This document shows positions 35,107-40,036 of a stretch of DNA of 40,036 nucleotides, in pieces; the stretch's first letter is position 1, and every line of letters begins with the position of its first letter. The DNA lies in NCBI GenBank assembly GCA_964347045.1, contig CAYFXC010000006.1, forward strand, positions 1 to 40,036, written 5' to 3'. The notes under the pieces were generated by a model. The model saw nothing but the letters and a program-made list of their open reading frames with translations. It did not search any database and was not told the origin of the DNA. The position numbers and the translations under genes were made by a program. The stretch is from an uncultured archaeon (GTDB lineage: Archaea > Asgardarchaeota > Hermodarchaeia > Hermodarchaeales > Hermodarchaeaceae).

Positions 35107-35874
35107 CTACTTAGATGAGTATAATTCATCGACGGCTTTTATTGCCGCTTCGATCTCTTTTGAGATAGCTTCGACAAGTAAAGGGTTTTGTTCACCGGTT
35201 TGTTCGGATTCATCTGTTTGTTCACCTTTTTGATTTGAATGGAGGTTTCCATCGCAAGCTAAAATGGATCCAGCTTGAAACCCGCGGGTTTGAGCAAATA
35301 CGAAAAGAAGTGAGGATTCCATTTCAACACATTGAACTCGAGCCCGAGTCCATCGGGCGAGCATATCCGTCTCCCGTTGGTCGTAGTAGATATCCGTCGA
35401 CCAGACTATCCCTGTATAAATTCGATTGGAAGGGAAAATATCCCAGATGGCGGTTAATAAAGCCGAATAGATTTCTGGTGTAGCAACTGCGGGATATGAC
35501 ATCGGAGCATAATTTTGACTAGTGAGCTCATCTCTTACTGCTCCTGTTGCAACAACAATGTCACCCGTTTTGACTTTCGGATTTACTCCGCCACAGGAGC
35601 CAATTCGGATAAAAACTTGAGCGCCGAGATTCGCTAATTCTTCTGTCACGATATGTGTCGATGGTGTACCCATTCCAGAAGTAGCAACTGTTACTTCTAC
35701 TCCTTTCGGCGTGAAAGCACGATATGAAACTAGGCCACGATAGCTACCAATTTCTTCAGCATCTTTCATTTTAGCAGCAATTTTTGGAATCCGATCTGGG
35801 TTCCCAGCGATAAATACAACTTTTGCAACGTCACCTTCGCCTAACCGAATATGAGGTTGTACACGTTTCTTCAA
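35107..35874 (-). CDS. Nucleoside phosphorylase (uridine phosphorylase/PNP family)
   Basis: QPHI, GNPDR, SGMGTPS, FIRIGSCG, AVRDE, VEMESS motifs. Confidence 0.92.
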   Translation of the reverse strand: MKKRVQPHIRLGEGDVAKVVFIAGNPDRIPKIAAKMKDAEEIGSYRGLVSYRAFTPKGVEVTVATSGMGTPSTHIVTEELANLGAQVFIRIGSCGGVNPKVKTGDIVVATGAVRDELTSQNYAPMSYPAVATPEIYSALLTAIWDIFPSNRIYTGIVWSTDIYYDQRETDMLARWTRARVQCVEMESSLLFVFAQTRGFQAGSILACDGNLHSNQKGEQTDESEQTGEQNPLLVEAISKEIEAAIKAVDELYSSK

Positions 35875-35955
35875 GGATTCATCACCATTTCTATGTTGGC
35901 GATTGTGTTCCTCATAACCTTTGCTCTACCAAAAACTGAATCACTCACATGGCTT

Positions 35956-36407
35956 TTATCGGATTTGAAAAGCAACGACTTCGCCAGTCGCCGTCTCAAC
36001 ACCTTCTGAATACAATGAACAAGTAACAGTAATCTTACTTCCTTTGATTTCCGTAATCCGTGCACGAAGAGTAACAGGCTTGTTCACTGATGTTGGTTTA
36101 GTGTGTTTCACCGAAAGGGAACCGGTAACGTAATTTTTAGTTGGTTCTGAGTAAAAATCACGTCCTTCGGCTTTGTATGCCGCAGGATTTGCAGTATTCG
36201 TTGAGTGACAATCGATTAGTGAGGCAATTTTTTTCCGCAGAGAACACCAGGAAACGCTAAATGATATGGTTTGGGTTCCCAATGTGCAACCGTTTGATCG
36301 TCTTCCCAATAGCTTTTCACCTGCAACCCATAATCGTTATTTTTTCCACACCCCTAAAAAACAGTCCCCAATTCTGGCCACTGATCTTGAATTGCTTTGC
36401 GGGTCAT
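35956..36407 (-). pseudogene. PaaI-family (hotdog) thioesterase, frameshifted
   Basis: Stitched: MTRKAIQDQWPELGLF / GCGKNNDYGLQVKSYWEDDQTVAHWEPKPYHLAFPGVLCG / IASLIDCHS...YVTGSLSVK..KPT...LRARI...GEVVAFQIR*; two frameshifts. Confidence 0.82.
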
Positions 36408-36469
36408 TGAAAATTCACCCAATATTGTGAAATGTACGCAACTTTTGTCATTAATAGATTGCCTGGTTA

Positions 36470-37294
36470 CTAAACTTGGCATTTTGGACAAATGTAGCTG
36501 GTTGTACTTCCTACTCTAAGTTCTTCAATTCGCGTGTTACAATTGGGACAAGCTTGGTTAGTTTTGTAGGCAATATGAGGCCATCCGGGTTGTTTACCCC
36601 ATTGACCACGATTTCCCCAAACATCTTGCTCTCCAGGTCCCGGTCCATAGCGTATTCCCTCTCGGAGTACATGCTGAATTGCATTATGTAATTTGTCAAT
36701 ATCTTTAGCTTGAAGTGTATTTGATTTTCGATTCGGATGGAGCCGGGCATGCCAGAGAATATCTTGGACATACACATTACCAATACCAGCAATGAACCTT
36801 TGATCTAATAAGTAGCTCTTGATACGGCCTCGTTTTTCGTGTAACATAGATGTCAGTTTTTCTTTTGTAAATTCATCGCTTAGAGGTTCAATACCTAGTG
36901 TACCAATCTGTGGGTGCTTAACAAGTTCACCTGATTTCAGAAGGTGAATATGACCAAACCACCAAAAGTGAACCCAGAGTTGACTTCCATCATCGAATGA
37001 GAATACGGCTCGTTCCCGTTTCAAATCAGGAACTTCAGGTGGCCAATGGATGCGTAATTCACCACCCATCCCCAAATTAAAAGCAAGAATAGAACCATTA
37101 TCAAGATCACTGAGTACCCACTTTCCCCGTTGACGAAACTTTGTAAAGATTCTCCCTTTCATATTCGTTCTAAATACTGAAAGCGTCCGATTCAGAACCT
37201 TAGGTTGATAAATCATTGCGTTGAAGAGCTTCGTTCCGCTAAGTGCTTGGTTCAGACTTTCAGCTAAAATAACTATATCAGGGAGTTCAGGCAT
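36470..37294 (-). CDS. mutM: Fpg/Nei family DNA glycosylase/AP lyase
   Basis: N-terminal PELP, RGK, LGM, H2TH 'LLDQRFIAGIGNVY', C-terminal zinc finger CPNC...CPKCQ. Confidence 0.93.
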   Translation of the reverse strand: MPELPDIVILAESLNQALSGTKLFNAMIYQPKVLNRTLSVFRTNMKGRIFTKFRQRGKWVLSDLDNGSILAFNLGMGGELRIHWPPEVPDLKRERAVFSFDDGSQLWVHFWWFGHIHLLKSGELVKHPQIGTLGIEPLSDEFTKEKLTSMLHEKRGRIKSYLLDQRFIAGIGNVYVQDILWHARLHPNRKSNTLQAKDIDKLHNAIQHVLREGIRYGPGPGEQDVWGNRGQWGKQPGWPHIAYKTNQACPNCNTRIEELRVGSTTSYICPKCQV

Positions 37295-37364
37295 GCATTA
37301 CACCTCTGAAACCTAGGCTAACATAATACATTTTCTTTGTGATAAGAAATGTTCAGGAAAAATT

Positions 37365-37465
37365 GGGTGGCGGGGGGGCGGAGACTAGAAGAATCGCCAA
37401 CAGCTGGGTGGCATGTGATCCCGCCAATGCGACCATCCTTCCAAACTTCTCAAGCGTCTCCGCCC
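37365..37465 (-). ncRNA. Putative novel structured RNA (~100 nt)
   Basis: 10-bp perfect closing stem GGGCGGAGAC/GTCTCCGCCC (37376-85, 37456-65); inner 9-bp helix; about 59% GC across 37376-37465 in an AT-rich intergenic region; TATA-like TTTATT about 27 nt upstream and TTTTT downstream on the minus strand. Confidence 0.55.
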
Positions 37466-37555
37466 TTAAGAGAAGCGGACTGAGTATCAGAATAAAGGTC
37501 TTTAATGGTTCCCATTACGGCATCCAATAAGAGAACTAGTTAGACCAAATAATAA

Positions 37556-38314
37556 CTAGAATGTTTGAAGAAAGGAATTAACTGCCTTATTGAATTTAGT
37601 CGGTTGCTCAAGCATCACCAGATGCCCAGCGCCCGCTATTATTTTCAATTGAGCGTGGCGGATATTGTCCGCCAGATATTGTGCCCATTTGACTGGAGTT
37701 AACCGATCTTCTTCACCAACTACCACAAGAGTGGGGACTTTGATTTCATGAATCCGATCACGCACATCAAAATCATTACATGCCACAAAATCTGCATGTC
37801 CGATAGCTGGCTTACATCGAAGACATTCAGCTTTTGCCAGCTCAACCAACTTCGGATTAACGCCGGATGCAAAGCCGAGTTGACCAATCGTTAAATCTAT
37901 TACTGCCTCAAACTGGGTTTCTAAACCTTCAAGTATAGCAGGTAAAACCCCAAGTTTTGCCCCTGTTCCAACCAAAATTAGACCCCTCAGGAGACGGGGA
38001 TAATCTAATGCCAATTGAATGGCAATCGCGCCCCCTAACGAATGACCAACTGGAACTACGGTTCTAAGCCCTAGTAGCTCAATAAATTTGGCGATAACAT
38101 TAGCGAACCGAGAAACAGAAATCTCATCATCTAATGATTCTGACTCACCGTGTCCAGGTAAATCCAATAACACAATTTGGACCTGATTAGCTAGAATTCG
38201 CTGTTGATCCCATAGTCTGTGACGACATAAGGATCCATGAAGCATAATCAAAGGAACTCCATCACCCCGTATTTGATAATATAATTGCTTTCCATCGATT
38301 TTGAGTTTGGACAT
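37556..38314 (-). CDS. Alpha/beta-fold hydrolase
   Basis: LHG oxyanion motif, DLPGHG, GHSLGG nucleophile, 'GEED' Asp, 'GAGH' His. Confidence 0.93.
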   Translation of the reverse strand: MSKLKIDGKQLYYQIRGDGVPLIMLHGSLCRHRLWDQQRILANQVQIVLLDLPGHGESESLDDEISVSRFANVIAKFIELLGLRTVVPVGHSLGGAIAIQLALDYPRLLRGLILVGTGAKLGVLPAILEGLETQFEAVIDLTIGQLGFASGVNPKLVELAKAECLRCKPAIGHADFVACNDFDVRDRIHEIKVPTLVVVGEEDRLTPVKWAQYLADNIRHAQLKIIAGAGHLVMLEQPTKFNKAVNSFLQTF

Positions 38315-38422
38315 GGCTGGTCAAGTTGGATACTTCGATATTGTATTTAAATTCATCATTAATTATAATTAAATTTTTAATGAAGAGATAAAATATATAA
38401 ATCGTCCTGCTGCAATTATGAT

Positions 38423-39790
38423 ATGGCAAACCAAGGAGCAGGAAACAGGATTAGGCTTAATCGACTCATCTCATGGACCCTGTTATTGGTAGCCATTGGC
38501 ACAATTCTTACCGGGTATCTATCAGCCCGTGGCATCATACCCCACCTCATCATTGCTCCATTCCATTTGGTAATAGAAGTCTTGTTCGTCGCACTCCTAA
38601 TAGGACACCTGATCTTGTCTTTGCTGACCAAGTTCTATTGGAAAAACACATTTCACAAGATTCGAATTGGAACTGCAACATCGTTGAATTGGTTAAAACT
38701 GATTCAACGCCTAACCGGCTTTATCATTGTAGGGTTTGCCTTTTTGGTTATCATCTCCGGTCTTGATTGGTATGCTCTCGGGTTAGGTTCCGTATATCCC
38801 TTTACACAACATTTGAACATGGATATCTTCTTGACAAGTCTTCTAATCATTCATGTGGGGATTGGAGCAAAATTTGCATTAGCTCGCCGCCAAATCCGAG
38901 GTTCAAGAATAAATGCCGCGTTGTTACTGGCAATTCTTCTACCCACCATATTGATTGGTGTGTGGGATTCAGGAGGAAAATACTATCTAATGATTCAGTT
39001 GGCTGGAACACAACCAACCCTCGAATCCAATCTTGTATGGGTCGATGACCAACAGTTTTCATTTAATCCAACTGAGGTTAACACCCTGCGTCCTGACCTT
39101 TTCAAACCCGGCTATTTCTCCGCCTTCGATGTCTTAGTACACCTTGCGGATCAGGGCTTTGTAAACCTTGAATATCATTTCAATGAATCTATGAACACCT
39201 ATCTCATTGACACAATCAATGGAGAAGTGAATTGGTGGTACCGCATCTGGTATGATGGAGGTTGGCCAGAAGAAAATGTCTTCCGAATGGATCATTACCC
39301 TTGGAAAGACGGAACCTGGTTGAAATTCGTTCATATCCAGCCCAACCGCCTAGCAGCCATCTACCAGGAATTTCGTGCCGAAGTCGCTCGCTTTAATGAG
39401 ACTAATGGCAGCATAATCATTCCTCAAGTGGAGATACTTGGCAATCTTGTCCAGAAAATCTTCTATAATGTGACCGTGACGCCTCATAATCTGCGAAATG
39501 ACGTATTTCAAGACGGAGTAATTACTGCAATAGATATCATCATGTCCCTCGGGGATCAAGATCTCATCACATACGACCTCCAATGGTATGAAAGTATCGG
39601 CACCGCAGGGATAGTGAAAAGCTATTGGATTGATGGCATCAACCAAGATTTAGCCTATGGCAGATGCGGCTTTGTTTATGAAACCGGGTCCTTCCATTTT
39701 CGAAATAATGGTAACCATATTCACCTGCCCTCCGATACACGTATCCTCAATTCACCAGAATATGGAATCTGGATTTGGATTTGCATATAA
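38423..39790 (+). CDS. Membrane protein: putative di-heme cytochrome b-like domain plus duplicated C-terminal soluble domain
   Basis: 5 TM segments; two helices each carry a His pair 14 residues apart; C-terminal repeat 'TLRPDLFKPGYFSAFDVL...YLIDTING' / 'NLRNDVFQDGVITAIDII...YWIDGINQ'. Confidence 0.8.
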   Translation: MANQGAGNRIRLNRLISWTLLLVAIGTILTGYLSARGIIPHLIIAPFHLVIEVLFVALLIGHLILSLLTKFYWKNTFHKIRIGTATSLNWLKLIQRLTGFIIVGFAFLVIISGLDWYALGLGSVYPFTQHLNMDIFLTSLLIIHVGIGAKFALARRQIRGSRINAALLLAILLPTILIGVWDSGGKYYLMIQLAGTQPTLESNLVWVDDQQFSFNPTEVNTLRPDLFKPGYFSAFDVLVHLADQGFVNLEYHFNESMNTYLIDTINGEVNWWYRIWYDGGWPEENVFRMDHYPWKDGTWLKFVHIQPNRLAAIYQEFRAEVARFNETNGSIIIPQVEILGNLVQKIFYNVTVTPHNLRNDVFQDGVITAIDIIMSLGDQDLITYDLQWYESIGTAGIVKSYWIDGINQDLAYGRCGFVYETGSFHFRNNGNHIHLPSDTRILNSPEYGIWIWICI

Positions 39791-40036
39791 CATAACATGA
39801 AAGGAATCTATGTGTAAGAGCTGAGAATTAATAACACTTGCCGGAGCGTACCTTTTGATGCCAACCCGTGCTTCCCCCCGAACAATTCGATTTAATCGGA
39901 TCGCCTCTTGGGGACTTTTACTCTTTTCAATAGCTACCATTATCACGGGATATTCCCTAACTAAGAATCGAGGAGGTCCACTCAGCTTTTACCCCTTTCA
40001 TTTATGGGTAGAGATAGGCTTCGTTGCATTCTTTGC

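Noticed and set aside
37365-37465. tRNA or tRNA-Sec (3' end ...CCCCGCCA looks tRNA-like)
   Set aside because: No cloverleaf, no paired T-arm with GTTCRA, and no UCA anticodon arm could be built.
39752-40036. 64-aa minus ORF and a possible gene end (KECNEAYLYP*, 40002-40034)
   Set aside because: Too short or truncated to support a call from this window.
1-40036. CRISPR array, IS/transposase, rRNA
   Set aside because: No regularly spaced direct repeats, transposase motifs or rRNA-like segments were seen on reading.

Overview
Archaeal chromosomal DNA. An Asgard-type anaerobe is inferred from the archaeal ACDS/Fwd/Hdr/CofC genes, the many single-TM-anchored surface proteins and a PGF-like C-terminal sorting signal; taxonomy cannot be proven from sequence alone. 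The window is dominated by anaerobic C1 and energy metabolism: cdhA-B-C-D (no cdhE), a displaced cooC, an HdrA-MvhD fusion, an 8-cluster FwdF-like polyferredoxin, FwdG-, FwdB- and FwdD-like genes, cofC, ppdK and a form IV RuBisCO-like protein. Housekeeping and stress genes (hsp20, trxB, fpg, nucleoside phosphorylase) and the N-terminal part of a tyrosine recombinase at the left edge are also present. Main observations: (1) FwdB and FwdD have both lost their W/Mo-pterin and catalytic motifs but sit with intact Fe-S wiring proteins, suggesting a cofactor-less, Fhc-like or scaffold complex. (2) A ~100-nt GC-rich structured element with its own putative promoter and T-tract lies upstream of fpg. 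(3) A DtxR-box-like operator is shared by hsp20 and fpg. (4) There are two candidate heme-b membrane protein families. (5) Several gene relics are missing from the ORF track: an hppA fragment, a DsrE pseudogene with TGA at the active-site Cys, a PaaI pseudogene and orphan membrane anchors. No rRNA, canonical tRNA or CRISPR array was seen. Motif comparisons are from memory of the families, not from database searches.
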